A DNA stretch of 64,000 nucleotides, taken from Escherichia phage MIZ6. Of the stretch, positions 55,469 to 64,000 are shown piece by piece. The translations under genes were made by a program, and so were the position numbers. The stretch lies in sequence record OR192075.1. One strand, written 5' to 3'. The notes beneath the pieces are model-generated. The model was not told where the DNA came from. It searched no databases and saw nothing but the letters and a program-made list of their open reading frames with translations. Each line of letters starts with the position of its first letter. Positions within the stretch are counted from its first letter, which is position 1.

Positions 55469-56456
55469 TGAAAATAGTGTGATCTATCGCTCAATCATTA
55501 CTAGTAAATTCAGAACGGAAAAACTTCTGAATTTCTATAATTCTGTAGGCGATGAGGCAAATCAAATTACAATTTATGGAACGTTTGGACGTTCGGAGCC
55601 GTGGTCAGAAAACGAAAAAGAGGTGGGCTTTGCCCCACCTTATCCGACCGATTCAACGGCTGGTGTTGTTGACATGTGGACCCATATGATGGGGGCGGTT
55701 AAGATTAACAAATCACTTCTTGATGCGGTTATCCCTCGTAAAGATTGGGGTGATACCGGACAGGATAACCCGCGCACATTCTTTATCAATGACATTGTTG
55801 TTGTCAACTCAGCACCATATAACAGAACTGATGTTGGTAGCGGCTGGATGGTGTATCGCGTAACCGATGTTCCTGATCGCGGTTACTGCTCGATTTCAAG
55901 CATTGACGCTAAAGTAGAGTGTTTGAAGTTGGGCGGAAAGTGGACCCCCACTCATGAATCAATTGCGCCACCTGTAGGAAAGGGCGATTCTATTGATATG
56001 GGTGATGGGTATCGTTGGGAATATCTGTACACAATTCCACCTGATGCGGCGATCAACCGTTGCACCAATGAACATATTGTTGTACCGTTCCCCGATGAAC
56101 TGCGACAAGATCCGGCGCGTTGGGGTTATGACAATGTGATCACCTGGTATAATGACTATAATCTGCTTTATCGGCTGAAAGTAGTAACTTTGCGTTTTCA
56201 GGCTTATATGGACTCTGCGCAATTCCCAACTACCGCGTTAGTGGGTAATACTGGTTTCCGTCAGTTAAGCATTATCCTTAACCCATTGGAAAAGAAAGCA
56301 CGCCCTAGCGATCCAGACGTTAAAGCGGTCAAAGATAAGTACCGACCGCAAGACTTAGAGCCACACTCAGGCGAAATGATCTACATGGAAAACCGACAAC
56401 CTATCGTTCGGTCATTAGATCAAACAGAACTTGTTTCTGTATTGTTTGAGTTCTAA
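55461..56456 (+). CDS. 8: baseplate wedge protein gp8
   Basis: 331 aa (T4 gp8 is about 334 aa), downstream of gp7 with overlap. Confidence 0.8.
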   Translation: MANENSVIYRSIITSKFRTEKLLNFYNSVGDEANQITIYGTFGRSEPWSENEKEVGFAPPYPTDSTAGVVDMWTHMMGAVKINKSLLDAVIPRKDWGDTGQDNPRTFFINDIVVVNSAPYNRTDVGSGWMVYRVTDVPDRGYCSISSIDAKVECLKLGGKWTPTHESIAPPVGKGDSIDMGDGYRWEYLYTIPPDAAINRCTNEHIVVPFPDELRQDPARWGYDNVITWYNDYNLLYRLKVVTLRFQAYMDSAQFPTTALVGNTGFRQLSIILNPLEKKARPSDPDVKAVKDKYRPQDLEPHSGEMIYMENRQPIVRSLDQTELVSVLFEF

Positions 56457-56469
56457 GTGTATGATTTAA

Positions 56470-56496
56470 AAGCCAATTCGAGAGAGTTGGCTTTTT
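56470..56496 (+). terminator. rho-independent terminator after gene 8
   Basis: Hairpin AAGCCAA-ttcgagagag-TTGGCTT followed by TTTTT. Confidence 0.55.
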
Positions 56497-56508
56497 CTAT
56501 TTTGGGTG

Positions 56509-56536
56509 TTGACAATCTTGTCTGATAAGGTATAAT
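56509..56536 (+). promoter_or_regulatory. sigma70-type (early-type) promoter driving the inserted MTase cassette
   Basis: TTGACA, 16 bp spacer, TATAAT; GGAGGA RBS and ATG at 56566 about 30 nt downstream. Confidence 0.65.
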
Positions 56537-56565
56537 GATCACATCTAAACAACGGAGGATAAATT

Positions 56566-56823
56566 ATGGCACGTCGTAAATTTACAGATAATTGTGAAGC
56601 AATTCAGGTATCCCCTTGCGGTTGGGATGTGATCGCGAACGGTGAAAAGATCGGAGAGATCATCGATCATACTCATTCATCACTAGCCGATTACACCGAT
56701 GAACTATGGGAGGGTATCAACTTCATGAATGACACTAAACGATTCAAGACTATCGACGAAGCTATCTATTTTGTGTATAATCCAACTTTCGGTATGTGGG
56801 GTAATAGAAAATGGCACGCGTAA
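56566..56823 (+). CDS. hypothetical protein (cassette gene 1)
   Basis: 85 aa, starts MARRKF; first gene after the consensus promoter; stop overlaps the next start. Confidence 0.5.
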   Translation: MARRKFTDNCEAIQVSPCGWDVIANGEKIGEIIDHTHSSLADYTDELWEGINFMNDTKRFKTIDEAIYFVYNPTFGMWGNRKWHA

Positions 56824-57143
56824 ATATTAAATTGCATTACACAATGAATAAAGCTAAGTTCCCAATGCAAAAGCATTACTATGGTCTACGTGCACAAGAT
56901 CCTAAACTCTATGGTACTCATTGGTTTTGTAAACATGATAACCAATGGCACACATACGAAGAAATGCACGAGATGATGAAACAGGGTATTGAATTTAGTT
57001 ATTCTAATTATGACCATCGTATAACTTGCATTCGAAAATTGAAACGATGGATTCGTAAGAATCCGCAATTTAAAAACTTTGTGTTCTTTATGTCTCATGT
57101 TTATTTGGGACATAGCGTTACCGTCACAGCAAAGGTTAAATAA
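56811..57143 (+). CDS. hypothetical protein (cassette gene 2)
   Basis: 110 aa, starts MARVNI; His/Cys/Trp-rich (HWFCKHDNQWH); coupled to the flanking genes. Confidence 0.5.
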   Translation: MARVNIKLHYTMNKAKFPMQKHYYGLRAQDPKLYGTHWFCKHDNQWHTYEEMHEMMKQGIEFSYSNYDHRITCIRKLKRWIRKNPQFKNFVFFMSHVYLGHSVTVTAKVK

Positions 57144-57982
57144 TGGCACGACTTTCTAAACAAGAACAAAAATTACACGATCGGGTGATGGAGTTGATTA
57201 ATTCAGATCGCCCATTGACATATGAAGAAAAAGAATTTTGCTATAATAACTATCATGGCGATGGTCTAGGCGGTTCAGGTGCATTCTTTACCCCAGAAGG
57301 GCTTGCATGGGATTTTACCATCGATGCACATTGCACAGGAAAAGTATTAGATCTTTGTGCTGGGATCGGTCGCTTATCTTTTTGTATGTTACATCGTTGT
57401 AAGCCAGAAAAGATCGTATGCGTCGAACTCAATCCAGAATTTGCGCGGATTGGCAAGAGACTATTACCGGAGGCAGAATGGATCACCAGCGATGTATTCG
57501 AATTTGAGTCAAACGAAAAATTCGATGTGGTGATCAGCAATCCACCTTTCGGGAAAATCAATACAACCAACACAAAGGATGTATTTGAGTACACTGGCGG
57601 CGAATTTGAATTTAAGGTTATGACATTAGGCCAGAAGTTTGCCGATGTTGGCTATTTTATTGTTCCTGTGGGTTCCGCTGGTTTTGCTTATTCCGGCAGA
57701 CCTTATTATGACGGGACCATGAAGTCTAATAAATATCTAAAATGGAGCAAACAAACTGGTTTGGTGACTTATGCCGGATGTGGGATCGATACATCAATCT
57801 ATCGCGATGAATGGCACAGTACCAACGTTTTAACAGAAGTGGTTGAGGTTCGGTATTACGAGAAAGAAGCCGTAGAAGCGCCTAAATCACGCCCTAACGA
57901 ACAAATAGAAGAAAGTAAGGAGATTACCTTACCGAAACAGGAAAGCGAGTCTGGGACGCTCTCAGATTTGTTTGACATTTAA
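57143..57982 (+). CDS. SAM-dependent methyltransferase with amino-methyltransferase NPPF motif (cassette gene 3)
   Basis: 279 aa; motif I VLDLCAGIGRLS and motif IV VVISNPPFG in the order typical of N6-adenine/N4-cytosine and related amino-MTases; substrate (DNA, RNA or protein) cannot be decided from sequence. Confidence 0.7.
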   Translation: MARLSKQEQKLHDRVMELINSDRPLTYEEKEFCYNNYHGDGLGGSGAFFTPEGLAWDFTIDAHCTGKVLDLCAGIGRLSFCMLHRCKPEKIVCVELNPEFARIGKRLLPEAEWITSDVFEFESNEKFDVVISNPPFGKINTTNTKDVFEYTGGEFEFKVMTLGQKFADVGYFIVPVGSAGFAYSGRPYYDGTMKSNKYLKWSKQTGLVTYAGCGIDTSIYRDEWHSTNVLTEVVEVRYYEKEAVEAPKSRPNEQIEESKEITLPKQESESGTLSDLFDI

Positions 57983-57987
57983 TTATA

Positions 57988-58013
57988 AGCCGTCCTTGTG
58001 GGCGGCTTTTTTT
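57988..58013 (+). terminator. rho-independent terminator after the MTase cassette
   Basis: Hairpin AGCCGtccttgtgggCGGCT followed by TTTTTTT. Confidence 0.5.
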
Positions 58014-58023
58014 GTATGTATTT

Positions 58024-58031
58024 TATAAATA
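58024..58031 (+). promoter_or_regulatory. T4-type late promoter for gene 9
   Basis: Exact TATAAATA about 28 nt upstream of the gene 9 ATG, with GAGGA RBS between. Confidence 0.6.
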
Positions 58032-58058
58032 ATACATCATAACATGAGGAATTAAACA

Positions 58059-58913
58059 ATGGCACAAGTTCCAAAGAAAAGAATAGACACAGGTACTGTC
58101 GGCAATCCATCGACTGGCGATATCTTATATGATGGCGGCAATAAAATTAACGATAACTTTGATTCAATATATGACGCATTTGCTGATCAGCGGTTTAAAG
58201 ACGTAGACCACGGCGTGGGAAGAATGGTTATTCATGCAACCGGATACTATCAGAAGCATCCACGTCAAAGCTACGCTGGTTCCGCTGTTGAGATTGGGAG
58301 TCTACACGATATCGATACAACTCAAGGCGCACTTATTGCTATTCTACCTAAAGCAAAGGTCGGTGAGGGTGTTGTATTCATAAATAGTAACGGTAGCCTT
58401 TCAACGACGACACCGCTCAATATTCGAACTCAAGCAGGTGATTCTATTAGCGGTTATTCCGGTGATGCTACAATAACACAACCATTTTCAAAAGTCACTG
58501 TTTGGTGTACTGCCGTTGAAGGTAGTCGCGTAACATGGCGATTGGGTATCGAAAGTATGTTTACCGATACAACAACGCCATTAGATAAAACAGTTAACGT
58601 AACTGGAGTAGCAACAAACGTTGCTATTGCCGCAAAAACAGAATACGTTTCCATCAAATTATTAACTACCGCTAGCAATACATCCGGTTCAAAAATGCGT
58701 TCAAGTGAAACGCTACTGATGATTGATTCTAAAGCCGGAAAAGTTTATGCGACGGAATATGCAGTTTTGCAGAAGACAGAAGATGAACTATACACGGTTC
58801 GTTATTTCATCGGTTCCGGCGATAAAGTATATGCAGAGTATAAGGCTACTGGCGAAAATATTCGTTTAGCAGTTAAAGCCGTAGACACTATTAAAATCGG
58901 GGTTGCTACATGA
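58059..58913 (+). CDS. 9: baseplate wedge / long tail fibre connector gp9
   Basis: 284 aa; KKRIDTGTVGNPSTGDILYDGGNKINDNFDSIYDAF...IHATGYYQKH...HDIDT...VFINSNGS...IESMF...KIGVA parallels T4 gp9. Confidence 0.92.
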   Translation: MAQVPKKRIDTGTVGNPSTGDILYDGGNKINDNFDSIYDAFADQRFKDVDHGVGRMVIHATGYYQKHPRQSYAGSAVEIGSLHDIDTTQGALIAILPKAKVGEGVVFINSNGSLSTTTPLNIRTQAGDSISGYSGDATITQPFSKVTVWCTAVEGSRVTWRLGIESMFTDTTTPLDKTVNVTGVATNVAIAAKTEYVSIKLLTTASNTSGSKMRSSETLLMIDSKAGKVYATEYAVLQKTEDELYTVRYFIGSGDKVYAEYKATGENIRLAVKAVDTIKIGVAT

Positions 58914-60712
58914 AACAATTAATTAATATCGGTAACGTTGTTGATGACGGTACAGGTGATTATCTAAGAAAAGGCGGTCAAAAGATTAATGACAACTTTT
59001 CTGAACTTTATACTAAGCTGGGGGATGGTGATATCCCTCATGCATCCGGCGCGTGGAAAACTCACACACAACCAGTATTAAAACCAAATTTTGGTGATGC
59101 ATGGGCGATTAATACAACGAACAACGCTGTTTCTGTTGAATTGCCTAAAGGAAGCGCGAGTGATTATAATAAAACAATTAAACTTCGTGATGTTTGGCGC
59201 TCATGGGCTGCACATAACGTAACGTTGAAGCCAGCACAAGGTGATACCATTAAGGGATCTCCAATCGACCGTGAGTTGTATAAAGATTTCATGGATGTTG
59301 AATTGGTTTATTGTGCGCCCGGACGTTGGGAATATGTCGAAAATAAACGAGTAGATACTATCACCACTTCCGATTTAAGCACAGTCGCTAAGGAAGTTTA
59401 TATTGCAACCGAAGGACAAACAGACTTCCCTAATGTGTTTGGTTCCAATACTTACAATATTCGAAATGTTGAAGTGTATTATCGCGGTAACTTGCTTTAT
59501 TATGGCAAGGATTTAACCGATGATTCTAACTATGGTTCAATCGGTGAAAACGGTGATATTGTTCCTCTGGACGGTAAAAGCATTAAATTACGCTTCCCTT
59601 GTTCGGCGGGTGATACCATTCAAATCATCACTTATATGGACGGTATCGCATCCTTCCGGTCAAGCTATATTACTCATACAATCCGCGTTTATGAAACAGG
59701 AATGACCACTTTGGAATCCATCCCTGGTGAAGTTTGGGTCGGTGAACTTGCTAATAAGAAAGAGTTTACTAATGCTGAATTAGGCGTAAGTAAGCGAGAT
59801 CTTATTAATCCAAATTCATTTGAATTGCTGATCAACGGCACACAAATGATTAAAGCGGGTGATGCGGATTTACCTTCCTTTATTTGTGAAGGTGCTGACG
59901 GTGAAACGGAAGAAACCTGCGTACTTGCTGGCGGTCAATGGGTGGAATCTGGTGAAGATTATTCATTAATGTTTGACGAAAACAGCGTGGTGACTGGTAT
60001 TAAATTATCTAAAGCACTAGATAACAGAGACACTATCACAATTCGCTGGTTTAATAATGATATCGGAACATTAATGGAATGGGACGGTGTAGGCGGTATT
60101 AAAGAAAAAGCAGATAAAATCTATCTTAATAACGAAGATGAAGTTACTCTGACAAATCGAATTGAATATACCGATTTCCAGAATCCAAGCCAAGCAACTA
60201 AACGCCCAATGGAAGATTATACAGGTCGTGTGATGGATATATATTCCATCTTTGATATTTTCCATCCTATAGGCACAATTTATGAAAACGCGCATAACCC
60301 AGCTAACCCGGCGACATATATGGGAATTGGTACATGGGTACGTTATGCGGAAGGAGAATTTCTGGCTGGTTGGTCTTCTGACGCAAGCGATCAAAACTTC
60401 GCACTAAACAACAACGATCTTGATACACATGGTCAACCTACACACACCGCAGGTGGTAACGGTGGTGATGTTGCATACCAGATCAAGAAAAATATGATTC
60501 CTGAATTACAGAGCAACGATCGAGTTCTTGTAAAAGATGATAACGGAAATATTATTATCGGTGGTTGTCAGGTAGACCCTGATGCAGTAGGTCCAGCGTT
60601 TACCAAATATCGAGAAGATAATGTTAAGGTTAATCAGGGAAATACCGATCCATCAATGATGGGTATTCTTCCTCCATACAGAACTGTCTATCGTTGGCTA
60701 AGGGTAGGTTAA
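58910..60712 (+). CDS. 10: baseplate wedge / short tail fibre attachment gp10
   Basis: 600 aa; MKQLINIGNVVDDGTGDYLRKGGQKINDNFSELY...ELVYCAPGRWEYV...FALNNNDLD...YRWLRVG colinear with T4 gp10. Confidence 0.95.
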   Translation: MKQLINIGNVVDDGTGDYLRKGGQKINDNFSELYTKLGDGDIPHASGAWKTHTQPVLKPNFGDAWAINTTNNAVSVELPKGSASDYNKTIKLRDVWRSWAAHNVTLKPAQGDTIKGSPIDRELYKDFMDVELVYCAPGRWEYVENKRVDTITTSDLSTVAKEVYIATEGQTDFPNVFGSNTYNIRNVEVYYRGNLLYYGKDLTDDSNYGSIGENGDIVPLDGKSIKLRFPCSAGDTIQIITYMDGIASFRSSYITHTIRVYETGMTTLESIPGEVWVGELANKKEFTNAELGVSKRDLINPNSFELLINGTQMIKAGDADLPSFICEGADGETEETCVLAGGQWVESGEDYSLMFDENSVVTGIKLSKALDNRDTITIRWFNNDIGTLMEWDGVGGIKEKADKIYLNNEDEVTLTNRIEYTDFQNPSQATKRPMEDYTGRVMDIYSIFDIFHPIGTIYENAHNPANPATYMGIGTWVRYAEGEFLAGWSSDASDQNFALNNNDLDTHGQPTHTAGGNGGDVAYQIKKNMIPELQSNDRVLVKDDNGNIIIGGCQVDPDAVGPAFTKYREDNVKVNQGNTDPSMMGILPPYRTVYRWLRVG

Positions 60713-60713
60713 T

Positions 60714-61358
60714 ATGATTTCTAAAACACGTTCAAAAGCTAGTGTATTTTCCAGCGATGCGGCGTTTATTTCATACGATCCAGGATCGAAAGATCCTGTT
60801 ATCGGTGGTTCTCGTCCAATTGGTGGCGTTAATGTCGATCAATCAAGAAAAGGTTCCTATGTAAACAACGTTCAATCTGCAATTGATGACCTTTATTCAT
60901 TGTCAATGATCCGAATTGGTGATGTGTTGGTTACAACCAACTCAACTCCACCACAAGCCGCAGGACAGATTGAAACTCTGTCATTTTCTGGTTCTGTTAA
61001 CAATCAACATAATCCAGACGCAAACAAAGTATTAATTGATGTTTTGGGTTATCCATTTATTGTTGATGTTGGGTCTTCCGGCGTTTCTCTATGTGAGAAA
61101 GTAACGGAAAAATTTACCGAACTAATGAATAAAAACATTATGTTCAAAGAAGTAAAAAGAAAAGGAAGTAGCAACGACCAATTAGAAATTCATTATATCG
61201 ATTCTCTTGAACACCCACCAACCGATATTAACAAGTACGGAATTACAATCACAGGAAATGTTGATTCTCCTGCTCGTGTTGGTTATGGTTCATGGTCTCG
61301 AATGGGTACAGAAGAGAAATTTGGAACTACCCTATATTATTTCAAACGTATTGCATAA
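60714..61358 (+). CDS. 11: baseplate wedge / tail pin gp11
   Basis: 214 aa; size and position as T4 gp11, following gp10 with a 1-nt gap. Confidence 0.85.
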   Translation: MISKTRSKASVFSSDAAFISYDPGSKDPVIGGSRPIGGVNVDQSRKGSYVNNVQSAIDDLYSLSMIRIGDVLVTTNSTPPQAAGQIETLSFSGSVNNQHNPDANKVLIDVLGYPFIVDVGSSGVSLCEKVTEKFTELMNKNIMFKEVKRKGSSNDQLEIHYIDSLEHPPTDINKYGITITGNVDSPARVGYGSWSRMGTEEKFGTTLYYFKRIA

Positions 61359-61369
61359 GGTGATGTATA

Positions 61370-62770
61370 ATGGCAAACAATACTATTAACCATGTAAAAG
61401 ACGATGCTCAATACGTCAAGTTTAACCCTGTAAATGATTGGCCTCAAAGCATTACCAACGTACAAGCGGCTTTAGCCGCTATTAATGGCTTTGCCGTAAA
61501 TGGATTACCGGACGCTACGGAAGATACAGCCGGGGTCGCTGCAATCGCAACTCAGGAAGAAGTAAACGACGGCACTGTAGACAATAAGATCGTGACTCCA
61601 AAAACACTAGCTGTTAAAATGTCACGTCCAGATGCTACAAAAGAAGTAAAAGGCATTACCCGATTTGCCACGATGGAAGAATCGCTGCAAGAGAGCAACG
61701 AGAACATGGCAATCGGTCCAGACACACTAAACCATTACTTCACCACTAAAAAGGCGTCAGAGAGCGTTCAGGGGACTATTAAGATATGTTCTCTTGAGGC
61801 AGCAAAGATTGGCAGCGATGACACAATGGCAGTAACACCGAAAAAGATGCACACTGCTATTGCACAGATTGTGCCGGGATTAATTCCAGATCAAAACACA
61901 GCAACCGAAAGCGCACAGGGTTTAGTTCAGTTAGCAACTAATGCGCAGGTTTTACAAGGCCAGATTCGAGAAGGTTTTGCAATTAGCCCTTATGCATTTG
62001 CAAATGCTCGCGCCAATGAGAATCAGGCGGGTACTGTTAAGATCGCCAGCCAGTCACAGATGAATGCTGGTTCAGATGATACTGTAGTTGTTTCTGCTAA
62101 GAAGTTTGCAAGCACTAAGGCAACAACGTCTCAATACGGCATTGTTAAACTACGAGACACCGTAGGAAGTGAGGCTAACGCTGCACTATCAGCAAATGCT
62201 AAGGTTCTTCCTAGCACTGGCGGTACGGTAAGCGGAAACGTCTATAAAGGTTCAAACTCAGACGGCAACCAGTTTGTTACTAAAAATGAATTAGCGAATC
62301 ACGCAATGCCAATTGGTGGTATTATCCTTTCTGGATTCAATGCCGATCGAGGTGACTTTCTGATCTGTAATGGTCGTTCACTGAATAAAAATCAATATCC
62401 GCAATTATTTTCTGCGATTGGTTATACCTTTGGTGGTTCAGGTGACAATTTTAATATTCCTGATATGCGCGGTTTAGTTGCTCGTGGTTGCGATCATGGA
62501 AGAAACCTTGATCCAGGTCGTCGATTTGGTTCTTATCAAGAAGATGCTATGCAGAGAATTACTGGTAAATTCCCTGTAGCTGACCGCTGGCGCGGTTGGT
62601 ATGGTGGCGCATTTACTGCACAGCGCGGTCAATGGAGCACGAACTATAAAAACGGTGGTGGTGATGATTGGGGTTCTACTGTTAACTTTGATTCAGGAAG
62701 ATCCGTAAGAACGGCTAACGAGACTCGCGTCAAGAGTCTGGCATTAAACTATATCATAAGGGTGCGCTAA
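61370..62770 (+). CDS. 12: short tail fibre gp12
   Basis: 466 aa; MANNTINHVKDDAQYVKFNPV...ITNVQAALAAING...VNGLPDA...PDMRGLVARG...LNYIIRV parallels T4 gp12 N- and C-terminal regions; middle region shorter than T4. Confidence 0.9.
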   Translation: MANNTINHVKDDAQYVKFNPVNDWPQSITNVQAALAAINGFAVNGLPDATEDTAGVAAIATQEEVNDGTVDNKIVTPKTLAVKMSRPDATKEVKGITRFATMEESLQESNENMAIGPDTLNHYFTTKKASESVQGTIKICSLEAAKIGSDDTMAVTPKKMHTAIAQIVPGLIPDQNTATESAQGLVQLATNAQVLQGQIREGFAISPYAFANARANENQAGTVKIASQSQMNAGSDDTVVVSAKKFASTKATTSQYGIVKLRDTVGSEANAALSANAKVLPSTGGTVSGNVYKGSNSDGNQFVTKNELANHAMPIGGIILSGFNADRGDFLICNGRSLNKNQYPQLFSAIGYTFGGSGDNFNIPDMRGLVARGCDHGRNLDPGRRFGSYQEDAMQRITGKFPVADRWRGWYGGAFTAQRGQWSTNYKNGGGDDWGSTVNFDSGRSVRTANETRVKSLALNYIIRVR

Positions 62771-64000
62771 TGATTGAACAATTAAACATCCACGAGATCC
62801 CACATGTTGACGGTGTACCAAGCGAAGGACAGCACCGTATTAACTGGATCAAGAATGGCGAATGTTTAAGCGCAGCAACGACACAGACTGGCAATGACGG
62901 GACGCTTAACCGCGCCCCTGTTGCAATTCAAGAAAACGTTGCACGCGTAAACGAAAACGCAAAATCAACCGTCGCTAAAGTTAACGAGGTTGTAACGGCG
63001 GTTAACGATATTAAAACAACTTTAGGGGTAATTTCTGACGGAAGTATCATTGATGTGGTTAACCAGACTGTCGCAAAAGTTGAATCCGTCGAAGATAACT
63101 TAGGAGAAACAGCAAGAACTCTACAAACAACGGTAGACGCTGTATCAGAACTTAACATCAAGATTGGTGATCGCCCCGCTGCCGATCCTAGCACAAGAAC
63201 AATCTATGATGACATTTCTTTCATCAAACAAGAAATGGGTTCTTATCCTAACTTTAATATCAATGGTTCCCCTGATGCTGGCAGTTCCGGTTCTGGCATC
63301 AAATACCGAGTTATTCAGAATACCGCAGCATTAAATGACCACGGTCGCCGAATCATTCAGCTTGAAAACGACTGGCAAGATTCTGACGTAGGCGAGTTAA
63401 CAAAACAAGTTAACAAAATGCGCAGTGAGATCGGCGACACGTCTCTTGCAACACAAGAAAATGTGTATGTTCGTCTCCGCACCAACGCAAGAAACATTGC
63501 TAACTTATCAAACGAAGTTCTAGAAGTCAAGAAAGCAATTTTGTTTGATTCAATCCCTGATATCGGGACTAAAGTCACTACGCTGGGAACTAATTATGAA
63601 CGTCTAAACAATGATGTTAATGGTGTAGATTCCGGTATTCGTCCTCGTCTTCTGGCTGTCGAGAATAAGATCGGAACGCCTCAATCGGCTGGAAGCATTG
63701 ACTATCGATTAACCAACACAGAGCGAGAATTTTTAGATCTTAAACAGGTTGTTGGTGTAAGCGGTGCTGACGGTTTGCGCGGTGAAGTTGTTCGACTTTC
63801 CAATGAGATTGGCACTGACAGCGATCGACATACTCTAGCCGGACGTCTTAAAGTTGTAGAAAACACTCAGGGTCGGTTAGAAGCAAGCGTACAGGACATG
63901 GAACAGATTGTAGGTGATCGCGAATCAGGTTTGACCGCTGGCGTTATTAAACTATCAAGTGATATCTATGGCGATGATGGTTCAGAAGATCCATTTACTC
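62770..64000 (+). CDS. wac: fibritin (wac, whisker/neck fibre), 5' part; gene runs off the window end
   Basis: Open frame from ATG at 62770 (overlapping the gp12 stop) to the window end; heptad-rich coiled-coil segments (NENAKSTVAKVNEVVTAVNDIKTTL...); position after gene 12 as in T4. Not in the ORF track because it is edge-truncated. Confidence 0.8.
   Translation, partial: MIEQLNIHEIPHVDGVPSEGQHRINWIKNGECLSAATTQTGNDGTLNRAPVAIQENVARVNENAKSTVAKVNEVVTAVNDIKTTLGVISDGSIIDVVNQTVAKVESVEDNLGETARTLQTTVDAVSELNIKIGDRPAADPSTRTIYDDISFIKQEMGSYPNFNINGSPDAGSSGSGIKYRVIQNTAALNDHGRRIIQLENDWQDSDVGELTKQVNKMRSEIGDTSLATQENVYVRLRTNARNIANLSNEVLEVKKAILFDSIPDIGTKVTTLGTNYERLNNDVNGVDSGIRPRLLAVENKIGTPQSAGSIDYRLTNTEREFLDLKQVVGVSGADGLRGEVVRLSNEIGTDSDRHTLAGRLKVVENTQGRLEASVQDMEQIVGDRESGLTAGVIKLSSDIYGDDGSEDPFT

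Noticed and set aside
1-64000. CRISPR array or other long tandem direct repeats
   Set aside because: No regularly spaced identical repeats were seen; the recurring about 60-bp elements are promoter-leader cassettes at irregular spacing in front of genes, not repeat-spacer arrays.

Overview
This window reads as a contiguous stretch of a T4-like myovirus genome, related to T4 but clearly diverged from it. Gene order is colinear with T4 from gene 43 to wac. Positions 1-46500 are almost entirely minus-strand genes: DNA polymerase gp43 (N-terminal part), regA, clamp loader 62/44, sliding clamp 45, recombination nuclease 46/47, late sigma factor 55, nrdH/nrdG/nrdD, endonuclease VII (49), nrdC, Dam methylase, rI, thymidine kinase, regB, an endolysin, a 57B/Acb1-like protein, 57A, dNMP kinase (1), and genes 3, 2 and 4. 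From 47251 onward the plus strand carries late baseplate and fibre genes 53, 5, PAAR (5.4), 6, 7, 8, 9, 10, 11, 12 and the start of wac. The early region is punctuated by at least 16 copies of a conserved promoter-leader cassette (TTGACA, 16-18 bp spacer, -10, CATCGAAAC leader, GGAG RBS), several with a GC-rich hairpin in the spacer or around the -10, and by rho-independent terminators. The accessory content most worth follow-up is: a three-gene methyltransferase cassette with its own early-type promoter inserted between baseplate genes 8 and 9; a TARG1/DarG-like macro domain protein; a multi-copy family of about 90-aa repeat-domain proteins in two clusters; arrays of overlapping hydrophobic mini-genes; a glycine-rich protein; a Pol-beta-type nucleotidyltransferase next to a GrcA homologue; and an HNH homing endonuclease. 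No CRISPR array or tRNA was found. All homology calls rest on motif recognition and recalled similarity to T4 proteins, not on database searches.
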